The notes beneath the pieces are model-generated. The model made no database searches. It was not told where the DNA came from and saw only the letters and a program-made list of their open reading frames with translations. A DNA stretch of 64,000 bases from contig CAVZZS010000002.1 in assembly GCA_963779925.1 (NCBI GenBank), forward strand, positions 540 through 64,539, written 5' to 3'. The translations under genes were made by a program, and so were the position numbers. Shown here piece after piece: positions 7,991-17,499 of this stretch. The first letter of the stretch is position 1. The number at the start of each line of letters is the position of its first letter. Source of the stretch: an uncultured Nanoarchaeota archaeon. GTDB taxonomy: Archaea > Nanobdellota > Nanobdellia > Pacearchaeales > GW2011-AR1.

Positions 7991-9718
7991 ATGAAATCTA
8001 CTAACCAATTTATAATCGATATTTTCAAGAATTACAAGAAAGAAATTTATTTTATCACAATTGTTTCCCTTATAGGTGCTATAATATCGACTGCAATACC
8101 TTATGTTTATGGAAGACTCTTTGATTTGGCCATTATTCCAAATACTACAATAACGTTATTGCTGTCCCTTATCCTTATCTGGTTTGTATTAAGCATCGTC
8201 TCTAATTTCATATCCAATAAGGTTGCATTAAGAGGAGAGATCTTAGGCTTGAAAGCATCATTAAGCGCGGAAGCAGACGCTTATTCTCATTTCCTGACTC
8301 TGCCTGTCCCTTTCCATAAAAGGCAGAAAAGGGGAACGGTATTAAACAAAATTTCAAGGGGAGCAGGGAATTTGGAGCACACGACGGAGATTTTCTCAAA
8401 TGTCCTGCCGCAATTTTTGACCCTGATTTTCTCTGTAGTTGTAATGTTCATACTGAAATGGCAGCTTTCACTGATTCTAATTTTTTCTTTTATCATCTAT
8501 TCATGGATCACGATACGAATGACTAAAACTCTCATGAAAATCCAGGAAAGGGAAAACAAAGAATTTGAAAAGCAATACGGGAATGTCTATGACAGACTTT
8601 ACAATATCTTTTTGGTAAAAAATTATGCTATGGAGAATGTCGAGAGGGAGAGATTCAAGAAAGCCTTAGTCAACAAGTTGGTTCCATTATCCGAAAGAAC
8701 AAACAGGAAAGATACCAGATTATCAGATATACAAGGACTGATCTATACTCTAAGCTTTGTTCTTATCCTTGGCCTTGCCATCTATTTCCTCAGCAAGAAA
8801 ATTATTTCTCAGGGGGAATTCATAATGTTCTTCGGGTATGTCAACCTGGCATTTACCCCATTCAGGTCAATCGCAAGCGTTTACAGAAATCTGCAGAAAT
8901 CCTCCGTTGCAATAAAGAGATTTGTCAAACTTAAGAAACTCGTTCCCGAGCAGATGAAGCATGGAGACAAAACCATAGAAAATCTGAGAGGAGAAATCGA
9001 TTTCAGGAATGTAACCTTTGAATATTCCGGAAGAAGAAAAATTTTAGATAATTTGAGTCTTAAAATCAAGGGCGGAGAAACAATTGCACTTGTCGGGCAG
9101 AGCGGGGTCGGCAAATCAACTTTCTCTGAATTGGTCTTGGGATATTACAAGCCAAAAGACGGACATATATTCTTGGACGGCATTGACATATCCAAACTGG
9201 ATTTAAGCTGGCTGAGAGATAATATTGCAATTGTTCCACAAGACCTGCAGTTGTTTAATACCAGCTTGATAAATAACCTGAAATACGCAAAACCCCATGC
9301 AACTCTCGATGAGATAATTGCAGCATCAAAAGCGGCATCAGCCCATGATTTTATCTCCAAATTTCCAAAAGGATACCGATCTGTAATCGGAGAGCAGGGA
9401 TTGAAACTTTCAATGGGACAAAGGCAGAGAGTTGCAATTGCAATGGCTTTCTTGAAAAATCCAAGAATATTAATCCTTGATGAACCAACTTCTGCGCTTG
9501 ATGCAGAATCAGAAGAAAAAGTACAGCAGGGAATAAATCATCTGATAAAAGGAAGAACTACCATAATCATCGCGCATAGGTTCTCGACTGTAAGAAAAGC
9601 TGACCGGATAGTTGTATTATCCAAGGGAAAGATTGCTGAGATAGGAAGCCATGACGAACTAATGAGAAAGAAAGGACTTTATTACAAACTTTATTCTCTG
9701 CAAAGCGGTATTAACTAA
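7991..9718 (+). CDS. ABC exporter, fused permease/ATPase (MsbA/MdlB-like)
   Basis: Six-TM N-terminal half. Walker A GQSGVGKST, signature LSMGQRQR, Walker B ILILDEPTSALD, H-loop IIIAHR. Confidence 0.9.
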   Translation: MKSTNQFIIDIFKNYKKEIYFITIVSLIGAIISTAIPYVYGRLFDLAIIPNTTITLLLSLILIWFVLSIVSNFISNKVALRGEILGLKASLSAEADAYSHFLTLPVPFHKRQKRGTVLNKISRGAGNLEHTTEIFSNVLPQFLTLIFSVVVMFILKWQLSLILIFSFIIYSWITIRMTKTLMKIQERENKEFEKQYGNVYDRLYNIFLVKNYAMENVERERFKKALVNKLVPLSERTNRKDTRLSDIQGLIYTLSFVLILGLAIYFLSKKIISQGEFIMFFGYVNLAFTPFRSIASVYRNLQKSSVAIKRFVKLKKLVPEQMKHGDKTIENLRGEIDFRNVTFEYSGRRKILDNLSLKIKGGETIALVGQSGVGKSTFSELVLGYYKPKDGHIFLDGIDISKLDLSWLRDNIAIVPQDLQLFNTSLINNLKYAKPHATLDEIIAASKAASAHDFISKFPKGYRSVIGEQGLKLSMGQRQRVAIAMAFLKNPRILILDEPTSALDAESEEKVQQGINHLIKGRTTIIIAHRFSTVRKADRIVVLSKGKIAEIGSHDELMRKKGLYYKLYSLQSGIN

Positions 9719-9752
9719 AAAACTTTATTAATCTGCAAATATTTTCATTAAC

Positions 9753-10986
9753 ATGAAAGATTTTGAAGAAAAGACAAAAGCTTATGCATTGAAAAATGCT
9801 ATTTCTCATGAAGGCAAAGCAATTCAGGGTTCTGTTCTTTCATCACTTTTTCATGAAGGACTTAAAAAAGAAGATGTAAAGAAGTATATCAAAGAAATTT
9901 CTAAGATAGTCAATGAAATTAATTCCCTTTCAATTGAAGAACAAGAAAAAGAATTTGAAAAATTAAAAGACATTACAAGCGAGAGAGAATCAAGAGAAGG
10001 GCTTCCTGAACTGCCTGGTGCAAAAGAAGGAAAAGTAATCATGAGATTCAGGCCTGCACCGTCAGGACCTTTACATATAGGAAACGTAATCGGGGCCGGA
10101 CTTCCTAACTCTTTATATGTCAAGAAGTATGGGGGAAAATTCTATGTCATTGTTGATGATACAAATCCAGAAGAAACTCTTCCGGAGAGTTATGAGAACA
10201 TAAAAAAAGATTGCGACTGGATTCTGGGGAATGTCTACAAATATCTGAATTCTTCAGACCGGATGAATCTTTATTACGAATATGCGGAAAAGCTGATAAG
10301 AAAAAAAAGCTGCTTATGTTTGCATATGCGAAAAAGATGAATTTGAGAGCTATTTAAAAAAGGGTGGATGTCCCTGCCGATTTTTTGATGTTGAGGAAGA
10401 CCTTCACAGATGGAATTTAATGCTTGGAAAAAACAAGAAAGAGAGATATGAAGCAGGCGAGGCTGTTTTGAGATTTAGAACCCCTGAAAGCGAGGGAGGA
10501 ACAAGACATAAGAATCCTGCAATGAGAGATTTTCCTCTGGCAAGGATTAATGAGACTGAACATCCCCGCCAGAAAAAAAAATACAGGGTATGGCCCTTGA
10601 TGAATCTTGTTGTTGCTGTTGATGATATGGACTTGGGAATGACCCACATAATAAGAGGCAAAGACCACAGAGACAATGCAGAAAGACAGAAGATGATTTT
10701 TGATGTTTTCAAAAAGAAATCCCCTTGGACATTCTTTATTGGCAGAATCAAATTCAGCGATTTGACACTTTCAAAAAGGAGAATAACTGCAGGAATAAAG
10801 AGCGGGGAATTTTCAGGAGCAGAAGATGAAAAACTTCCCACTATTGCATCGCTGAGAAAAAGAGGATACAAGCCTGAAGCATTTGCAAAGTTCATAGAGC
10901 AGAGAGGATTAACCGAAGTGGACAAAGTAATTGATAGCAAGGAATTTTTTCAGATAATAGACAATTTTAATAAGACTACTCTGTAG
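9753..10986 (+). pseudogene. gltX: Archaeal-type glutamyl-tRNA synthetase, frame-shifted at an A8 run and lacking the C-terminal anticodon-binding domains
   Basis: ORF 1 carries the archaeal GluRS N-terminus (YALKNAISHEGKA...) and the HIGH motif (PAPSGPLHIGNV). After the A8 run at 10301-10308 the correct continuation (AAYVCICEKDEFESYLKKGGCPCRFFDVEEDLHRWNLMLGK...VLRFRT...THIIRGKDH...LSKRRI) lies in another frame. The protein ends at the catalytic-domain boundary. Confidence 0.7.
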
Positions 10987-11040
10987 AAATCTTTTTAAAT
11001 GAGACATAATTTAGATAGGTAGTTAATCAAAAGAGGACAA

Positions 11041-11499
11041 ATGAAAAACACAAGAGGAATTTCCTCAATCATTGCAACTTTAATACTTATACTTTTGACT
11101 GTAGTTCTTATAGGAATCGTATGGGTTGTTGTCAGCGGCATAGTAACCAATTCAACAAAGCAAGTTAACTCTGGATCGCAATGCTTTAATTCGGGTGTAC
11201 AAATTACAAGCGCAAGCTGCACAGTAGCAGGAACTAACTGCAATGTGACTGTTCAGAGAACATTAGGATCAGACAAACTCGGAGGAGTAAGACTTGTCTT
11301 CATGAACTCAGCAGGAAATAGCGCAATCAATGACACTATGGGAGATATTACAACTTTAGGATCTACAATGGCACAGAACTGGAATCCTGGAGTATCAAAT
11401 GTTATAGAAATCGATGCCGCTATTTATTTCAACGACAGTTCCGGAGCTAAGAGCATATGCAGCGAAGTATCCAAGTTTACAACAGTCCAATTGATTTAA
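11041..11499 (+). CDS. Archaeal type IV pilin-like protein (class III signal peptide)
   Basis: The N-terminus MKNTRGISSIIATLILILLTVVLIGIVW matches the archaeal pilin N-terminal pattern (RG[IV]S..IAT.LLI). A GAGG Shine-Dalgarno-like motif lies 6 nt upstream, and a TATA-like element sits at 10992-10999. Confidence 0.7.
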   Translation: MKNTRGISSIIATLILILLTVVLIGIVWVVVSGIVTNSTKQVNSGSQCFNSGVQITSASCTVAGTNCNVTVQRTLGSDKLGGVRLVFMNSAGNSAINDTMGDITTLGSTMAQNWNPGVSNVIEIDAAIYFNDSSGAKSICSEVSKFTTVQLI

Positions 11500-11561
11500 T
11501 TTTACTTTTTAATTTCCTTTAATAAGAATATTTTTATAGTGTTTCTTCCACAATTTTCTAT

Positions 11562-11633
11562 GGCGACTGTAGTTCAGTGGCAGAACACACGACTGTGGCT
11601 CGTGGAACGAGAGTCCGATTCTCTCCTTTCGCC
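11562..11633 (+). tRNA. tRNA-His (anticodon GTG) with encoded G-1 and C73
   Basis: Hand-folded. D stem GTTC/GAAC. Anticodon stem CACGA/TCGTG with loop CTGTGGC. T stem GAGAG/CTCTC with loop TCCGATT. The acceptor stem has 5 Watson-Crick pairs and 2 internal mismatches. Confidence 0.72.
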
Positions 11634-11685
11634 CTTCTTTCAAAAAATATAAAAGCTAATAATTCATCATTTCTAAAAGAGGAAA

Positions 11686-12114
11686 ATGATAATCAGAAAA
11701 GCTAATTCTCGGGATTCAAAAGGTATTGCCGAGATCTACAGAAGAGTATATTCTGAAGCGCCATACCATGAGAAGTGGAGTAAAAAAACAGCTCTTGAAA
11801 GAGTTCGCGATGAGCTGGAAGACGGGAAGATTTACGTAGCTGAAGTCGAAAAAAAAGTCGCCGGCTTCATTGCTTTCTCAACTTATGAATGGTTCGATGG
11901 GAAATGGGGTTACATAGATGATTTTGCGATTCTGAAAGAATACCGCGGCAGGGGAATAGGGAAGATGCTTATGAAAAAAGTTGAAGAAGATTTGCGGAAA
12001 GCAAAGGTAAAAGTGATTGATCTTCGTGTTCACAAGAAGGCAAAAGCATTTAATATGTATAAGAAATTGAAATATAAAGAGAATGGATATGTAGATATGG
12101 AGAAGAAATTATGA
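11686..12114 (+). CDS. GNAT-family N-acetyltransferase
   Basis: The acetyl-CoA binding motif YRGRGIGKMLM (R/Q-x-x-G-x-G/A). 142 aa. ATGA overlap with hisS. Confidence 0.8.
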   Translation: MIIRKANSRDSKGIAEIYRRVYSEAPYHEKWSKKTALERVRDELEDGKIYVAEVEKKVAGFIAFSTYEWFDGKWGYIDDFAILKEYRGRGIGKMLMKKVEEDLRKAKVKVIDLRVHKKAKAFNMYKKLKYKENGYVDMEKKL

Positions 12115-13262
12115 CAGACGAATTAGTAAAAGGTTTCAGGGATTTTACAGGAGAAGAGGCGGAAAAGCTGGCTGAAATAAAAAAAATAATCGCAAGGAAT
12201 TTCGAGAGATATGGATTTGAGTCTGCTGAAACACCCATAATTGAATATGAAGACTTTGTAAAGGGCGGAGACAAAAATGAAGACAAGGATGAAGTCATTT
12301 CTGATATTTTCAAATTAAAAGACAAGGGAAAAAGAAGCCTTGCCTTAAGATATGAATTTACATTCCAATTGAAGAGATTGATGAAAGGAAAAAAATTGCC
12401 TTACAAAAGGTATGAAATCGGAAATGTTTTCAGGGATGAGCCTGCTTCAACAAACAGGCTAAGGCAGTTTACTCAATGCGATGTGGACATTGTAGGCCTC
12501 TCGGAAATACCTGCAAGAGATGAGGCTGAAGTTCTTTCTGTTACATATGATATTCTTAGAGAGTTGGGGATAAAACCAATAATTCTCATCAACAATAGAA
12601 AATTGCTTAATGAAATTCTAGATGATTTGAAAATAGGAAAGAATAAAGAGCAAGTTCTCAGGGAGATTGATAAATTTGACAAAATATCCGAGAAGGAATT
12701 AAGAGGGAATTTGAAAAAATTCAAGGCCGAAAAATTAATTGATGCATTAAATCAAGGCGAAGATTATTTCAGCAAATTCGAGAGCTATAAAGAAATAGTA
12801 AGCTTAATGGACTACTGCAGAATTTACGGTATGGAAATAAAATTTTCACCTACAATAGTGAGGGGATTAAGTTATTACAATGGAAATGTATTTGAAATAA
12901 AAGCAAATGGAATAAAAGAGACAATTGCAACAGGCGGCAGCTACAAATTCAATGATGTCCAATGTACCGGAATTGCCTGCGGAGTTGAGAGGCTTTCTGC
13001 TGTTGCCAACATAAAATCCGACAGAGAAGAATATCTTATAGTCTCACTTGGGGAAGACAAGAAAGCAATAAAACTCGCACAGAAATTAAGAAAAGAGGAA
13101 AAAGAAGTTTCAGTTTATTATGGAAAGCCGACAAAAGCACTAGAATATGCAAATTCTTACAAGATTAACAAAGTTATTTTCATCGGAGAGAAAGAAGTCA
13201 AATCCGGAAAAGCGAAAATCAAAGACATGAAAAGCGGGAAAGAATCCGAGATTAAATTATAA
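12111..13262 (+). CDS. hisS: Histidyl-tRNA synthetase (compact, 383 aa)
   Basis: VKGFRDF...ETPIIEYEDF...LALRYEFTFQLKRLM...YEIGNVFRDEPASTNRLRQFTQCDVDIVG are class II HisRS motifs. The C-terminal part is an HGTP-type anticodon-binding domain (YLIVSLGED...VIFIGEKEV). Confidence 0.85.
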   Translation: MTDELVKGFRDFTGEEAEKLAEIKKIIARNFERYGFESAETPIIEYEDFVKGGDKNEDKDEVISDIFKLKDKGKRSLALRYEFTFQLKRLMKGKKLPYKRYEIGNVFRDEPASTNRLRQFTQCDVDIVGLSEIPARDEAEVLSVTYDILRELGIKPIILINNRKLLNEILDDLKIGKNKEQVLREIDKFDKISEKELRGNLKKFKAEKLIDALNQGEDYFSKFESYKEIVSLMDYCRIYGMEIKFSPTIVRGLSYYNGNVFEIKANGIKETIATGGSYKFNDVQCTGIACGVERLSAVANIKSDREEYLIVSLGEDKKAIKLAQKLRKEEKEVSVYYGKPTKALEYANSYKINKVIFIGEKEVKSGKAKIKDMKSGKESEIKL

Positions 13263-13263
13263 A

Positions 13264-13271
13264 TTTATAAA
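13264..13271 (+). promoter_or_regulatory. TATA box (tttataaa) 22-29 nt upstream of ATG 13293
   Basis: Exact octamer at the canonical spacing. Confidence 0.55.
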
Positions 13272-13292
13272 TCCGCAAAAGTTCTTTATATT

Positions 13293-13919
13293 ATGAAACA
13301 TGAAGGTTCAGCAGTATCAATAATTATCAAGAGAACTGCAGGTTTCGTGATGTTTATTATTCTGATCCTGCTGGCAAATCTTCTCGCTACCGGAATAAAC
13401 AACGGAACTTATACGAGCATTATCGGATTCTTTAATATCAACGTTGCATTATTCTTCAGCTTATTCTTCTGGGGAATGACAAGTGAACTATTCTGGAATT
13501 TCTATTTCCCATGGAATATGTTTGCTCCAATAGCTGGTGCAATACTAAGCACATCCATAATCACATTCTTTTACAGAATCTGGCTTTTCATCAATGGATA
13601 TGTCCAGTCAAATATTTCAATCCCAATGATTCCAGTTTACATAGTTGTATTCATAATTGTGCTTATATCAGGATATGCAAGACTTGCAATGAGGGGCATG
13701 ATAAATGAAAAGTACAATAACAACAAATGGGAGGAATGGAAAAAATACAGAATTGAAATGCACAAAAAGATAAAGGAATATAAAAAAGACAGGAAAAAAG
13801 TTGAATGGGATGATGTAGGTGAAGAATTCAAATATGCGCTCTATAATCTTGGAAATTCTATAAATAGGGCTTTTGAAATGCACAATAAAGAAGACAAAAG
13901 AAAGAAGAGAAGGAAATAA
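13293..13919 (+). CDS. Polytopic membrane protein with a K/E-rich cytoplasmic tail
   Basis: Four or five hydrophobic helices followed by ...KEYKKDRKKVEWDD...KEDKRKKRRK. Confidence 0.5.
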   Translation: MKHEGSAVSIIIKRTAGFVMFIILILLANLLATGINNGTYTSIIGFFNINVALFFSLFFWGMTSELFWNFYFPWNMFAPIAGAILSTSIITFFYRIWLFINGYVQSNISIPMIPVYIVVFIIVLISGYARLAMRGMINEKYNNNKWEEWKKYRIEMHKKIKEYKKDRKKVEWDDVGEEFKYALYNLGNSINRAFEMHNKEDKRKKRRK

Positions 13920-13921
13920 TT

Positions 13922-14410
13922 TCAGTTCTTGGCAAATTCTATAATCAAATTTTTATTCCTTACTTCTGGATGGAATAAAGTTGCATAAATGTTATCTTTA
14001 TGAAAGACTTCGGGAAGAACATAAAATTGGTGCAGATGATAAACCTGAAGTTTTCCTTTCATTCCCAGAAATCCATTGAGAATTAGATCTTTCAATCCAA
14101 TCTCTTCCTTTTTCTTTAATTTATATCCAAGAACCAATCCGATAACATGCGCTCCTCCGCAAATCCCAAAAATAGGCTTGTTATAATTTTTTATCCATTG
14201 GAATTTATCTAGATGTTTCAGGAATTCATTATCTTTTAGGGATGTTCCGCAGATTATTATTTTGTCCGCCTTTTCTATATCTGAACTCTTTAAATCTAAA
14301 TAATTTTTCGTGAAGAATTTTATATTTTGATTTTTCAGAATGTCTTCGATTGGCTTTACAAATTCCAATTCATGCAACTTTTCCTTGCAGATACTTATAA
14401 CCAATAGCAT
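13922..14410 (-). CDS. Class I glutamine amidotransferase-like protein
   Basis: Nucleophile elbow PIFGICGGAHVIG and C-terminal FHPE (His-Glu of the triad). 162 aa. Confidence 0.68.
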   Translation of the reverse strand: MLLVISICKEKLHELEFVKPIEDILKNQNIKFFTKNYLDLKSSDIEKADKIIICGTSLKDNEFLKHLDKFQWIKNYNKPIFGICGGAHVIGLVLGYKLKKKEEIGLKDLILNGFLGMKGKLQVYHLHQFYVLPEVFHKDNIYATLFHPEVRNKNLIIEFAKN

Positions 14411-14457
14411 AAAAAAATAAAGAAAAGGAGATTAAAAATTTAACATCTCCTTAAAAT

Positions 14458-15219
14458 TTAAGCTAACTTGTATGTTGCACTAACATCTGCTGTAACATCC
14501 TGTGTTGTCGGAACAAGATTCATTGCAGCTGCTTTTGCGCCTGCATTTTCTGATGATGGTACCGCCGCTCCGGATGAAGAATACACATTAAAGGGCATAT
14601 AGTTGAAGCTGTTTACGGATACAGATACTAATGCTCCTGTTGCTTTTCCGAAACCTGCTGCAACAGCGTCTGCCTTTGTCTTCGCATCCTGCGAAGCAAG
14701 CTGAAGAGCCTGTGCTTTATACTGGTTTTGAAGAGCTGGGCTCAATTCAAAGTTTATTGTTGAAACTCCAGCACCTGCATTTGCTCCTGCATCAATCACA
14801 GAACTTAGCTTTGCCGTATCATTTGCAGAAAACTCAAGCTTGACAATATGAATTGCAACATAACCATTGTTTGTAGATTTTCCAGTCATATCATACATGA
14901 TATTTGGGGAAATGCTATAGCTATCTGTTGCTATCTGATTTTCACTAAAACCTATAGAGGTTAATGAAACTTTTAGCTGATTATAGATTGCCGTATTTGC
15001 ATCATTTGCTGCTGAGCTTGTTGTCCCATTTGTCTGTATGTTAAAGAATACTGCTACAAGATCTGGCATTACCTTGATTGTGGAAGTTCCTTCAACAGTC
15101 ATTGTATTTGTGGCTGGTGAAAACATTGGAACAAAAACAAACAAAGTAAGCAAGGCTATCAAGATTATCGTTCCTGCAACGATTGAAGTTATCGCGATTG
15201 CGTGATTTTCTTTTTTCAT
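14458..15219 (-). CDS. SIMPL/DUF541-family secreted or membrane-anchored protein
   Basis: N-terminal TM helix, then MTVEGTSTIKVMPDLVAVFFNIQT...A.NDAN.AIYNQLKVSLTSIGFSENQIATDSYSISPN, typical of the DUF541 family. A GGAGGT Shine-Dalgarno motif lies upstream. Confidence 0.68.
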   Translation of the reverse strand: MKKENHAIAITSIVAGTIILIALLTLFVFVPMFSPATNTMTVEGTSTIKVMPDLVAVFFNIQTNGTTSSAANDANTAIYNQLKVSLTSIGFSENQIATDSYSISPNIMYDMTGKSTNNGYVAIHIVKLEFSANDTAKLSSVIDAGANAGAGVSTINFELSPALQNQYKAQALQLASQDAKTKADAVAAGFGKATGALVSVSVNSFNYMPFNVYSSSGAAVPSSENAGAKAAAMNLVPTTQDVTADVSATYKLA

Positions 15220-15228
15220 TTTACCTCC

Positions 15229-15813
15229 TTACAATTTTCTCCAATTTATAATTGAGATTATGAATATTGCAATCAATCCTCCAAGAAGGAACCATTGCCA
15301 TGTCGGCTGCGAAGTGATTATGTTCGTTGCTGAAGTCTGAACTGCTGCAGGGACAGCAAGCCCTGAAGCTCCATTTGAAGCGCCATATGCCGCTTTTTCT
15401 GCACTTCTTGGCAATGAAGAAGATATTTTATCATAAACCCATACTGCAACTGTTCCCGCGGCTGTAAGTATCAGAGCAGGGGTTATTGATTTCAATTTAT
15501 CGGCTGTTGATTTTTTGTGTGATATTACAATTGACTTGTTCGAAAGCTCGTACATTACAATTTTCTTCCCCTTTTTGCTCCAGAAGAAATTTTTCCTTTT
15601 CTGGACAAATCCTGATGAAAGAAGCTTCTTCATATTATAATCAAGAGTATTCATTGGAATCCCGAGTTTCTGAGAAATGTCTTTCTGGCTGGCTTCTTTG
15701 TTTTCAGCCAGATAATTGATTATTTTCTTGCATGTCAAACTGGAAAGAACTTCAGCTACAGACTTAGATTTCTCATCATCCAGAGATACAAGCATGAATT
15801 TATTATTGTCCAT
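15229..15813 (-). CDS. ArsR-like winged-helix regulator with C-terminal TM helices
   Basis: KKIINYLAENKEASQKDISQKLGIPMNTLDYNMKKLLSSGFV is an HTH segment. The C-terminus has two hydrophobic helices. TATA octamer at 15835-15842. Confidence 0.62.
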   Translation of the reverse strand: MDNNKFMLVSLDDEKSKSVAEVLSSLTCKKIINYLAENKEASQKDISQKLGIPMNTLDYNMKKLLSSGFVQKRKNFFWSKKGKKIVMYELSNKSIVISHKKSTADKLKSITPALILTAAGTVAVWVYDKISSSLPRSAEKAAYGASNGASGLAVPAAVQTSATNIITSQPTWQWFLLGGLIAIFIISIINWRKL

Positions 15814-15877
15814 TATACCATATAGAAATATCTATTTTATAAATAATTTGAAGGGTTCAATCCGAGTGGAAGTTATT

Positions 15878-16456
15878 TTACTTTCCAGTCGCATCTTCAA
15901 TCTTTCCTTTTAATGAAAGGAACTTTGCAACCAAGCCGAGATCATTGTAGAGCCTGAGAAGCTTATTGTTCACGTCTGTTTTTTCAGCATCAGAAAGCGT
16001 CTTCAATGTTATCATCTTTTCATATACTTCAACTGCCTTGCTTTTTCTTTTTTCTTTCTCAAAAATCATTGCCTGGGTCTTGTAAAAATCTTTTATGATA
16101 TTCAAAGTGTTTGTTTTTTCCATTGGTTTTATGTCTGCAATAATCTTGTTTGTTATTGAATCTGCCATCTCAAAATATCCCCCATGAATATAATTTCCTG
16201 TTTCCTGAATGAGGAATTTCATTTTATCCGCATAAATATTTGTCATCTCCGCCAATTTGCTGTATGTCTCCGCTGCCTGCGGAAACATCATCCTTCTTTC
16301 GTAAATCTCTGCAAGCCTGACACAGACAAATTTCTTCAAATCTGGGGAAGGATTCTCCTTCAGAAATCTCCTTATAGTATCAATTTGGACATAATCTCCT
16401 TTTCCGTTCAGCTCTTTTTCAATTTCCCCTTTGTTCATCTCCTTCTTCAATAGCAT
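15878..16456 (-). CDS. Hypothetical helical-repeat protein
   Basis: 192-aa ORF with a canonical TATA octamer at 16478-16485. No named motif. Confidence 0.45.
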   Translation of the reverse strand: MLLKKEMNKGEIEKELNGKGDYVQIDTIRRFLKENPSPDLKKFVCVRLAEIYERRMMFPQAAETYSKLAEMTNIYADKMKFLIQETGNYIHGGYFEMADSITNKIIADIKPMEKTNTLNIIKDFYKTQAMIFEKEKRKSKAVEVYEKMITLKTLSDAEKTDVNNKLLRLYNDLGLVAKFLSLKGKIEDATGK

Positions 16457-16509
16457 AGAAAATCAATCAGAGAGTGGTATTTAAGGATTAGGATAATAGA
16501 AAACTTATT

Positions 16510-17181
16510 TTAAATGATAATTTCCCTTCTCCAGCTATTCTCGCCTTCCTTGAAATCTTCAAATGATTCTACCTTCAATTCATGCCTGAATAAATCCGGA
16601 GCATAAAGCACAAAAGATTCAAATTCTCCCCCTTCGCCAGCGGGATTGATCTTGTATTTCTGGTTAAGGATTTTCATGTCTTCAACAAATTTCCTGTCAA
16701 TCTTCCTTCCGAGCCAGGTCTTATCCAGAGGATATGCAAAAACCCCGGTGATTATTATCCTGAATTTATTTTTTAACAGCTCTTCCAGAAGCTCAAACTG
16801 GTTCTTTTGCCAAAGAGGATTAAAGCATTCAATATTCAATTCACTGCAGATTTTCTGTATTCTTGAAGCCTGATAAACGCTTTCAACTGCGCCAGTAACA
16901 ATTCCTTCAATCCCGTATTCTTTTATCGCTGTTTTTATCGCTTCTTTCAGGTCTTTCAGCTCTGATTCTTTTTTTCCTTTCGTTTTCTGCAGAATTATCG
17001 GAATATTCATAGACTCCGCCTGAATTTCTGTTGAGAATATAGAAGGCGTATGGAACATGTATGAACTTTTATTCGAAGAAACAAGGGAAATCAGGCATGA
17101 AAGTTCATAGTCCTGCTTTTCTGCAAGCCATGCCGCATAAGTAGAATCTTTTCCTCCTGAAAAAAGAACTCCAAGTCTCAT
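16510..17181 (-). CDS. dph6: PP-loop ATP pyrophosphatase of the MJ0570/Dph6 (diphthine-ammonia ligase) family
   Basis: N-terminal PP-loop LFSGGKDS. C-terminal NPAGEGGEFESFVLYAP, matching the GEGGE.ET.V motif of this family. Confidence 0.78.
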   Translation of the reverse strand: MRLGVLFSGGKDSTYAAWLAEKQDYELSCLISLVSSNKSSYMFHTPSIFSTEIQAESMNIPIILQKTKGKKESELKDLKEAIKTAIKEYGIEGIVTGAVESVYQASRIQKICSELNIECFNPLWQKNQFELLEELLKNKFRIIITGVFAYPLDKTWLGRKIDRKFVEDMKILNQKYKINPAGEGGEFESFVLYAPDLFRHELKVESFEDFKEGENSWRREIII

Positions 17182-17266
17182 TTTCTAATATGAACTCTAG
17201 GATTTATATAATAAGCGATTGCAGTATAGAGACAAAACTTAAAAGCCAATAATTTCCCAGATTGTA

Positions 17267-17497
17267 ATGAATTTATTAGATAGATTAAAAATAAATGCCG
17301 AAATCAGAATGGCGGAGAAAGGCCTCCGGCATTATGAAACTGCTAGAGAAGCAGATGATAAGATTAACCTTGCATATTCGGTTCTAAAAAAATATACAGG
17401 CAGAATCTCACCTCAGCTCGCAGCACATTTTGAGAAAGAAATAAGGAATGCAGAAATCGATTTGAAAAATAATTTTATTATGGGGTATATAATATAA
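17267..17497 (+). CDS. Hypothetical small protein (76 aa)
   Basis: ORF with a TATA-like octamer (cttaaaag) at 17238-17245 at the canonical spacing. Confidence 0.4.
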   Translation: MNLLDRLKINAEIRMAEKGLRHYETAREADDKINLAYSVLKKYTGRISPQLAAHFEKEIRNAEIDLKNNFIMGYII

Positions 17498-17499
17498 TT

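Noticed and set aside
10404-10940. 178-aa and 83-aa minus-strand ORFs.
   Set aside because: They lie entirely antisense to the conserved catalytic domain of gltX. Their composition is typical of shadow ORFs in AT-rich DNA.
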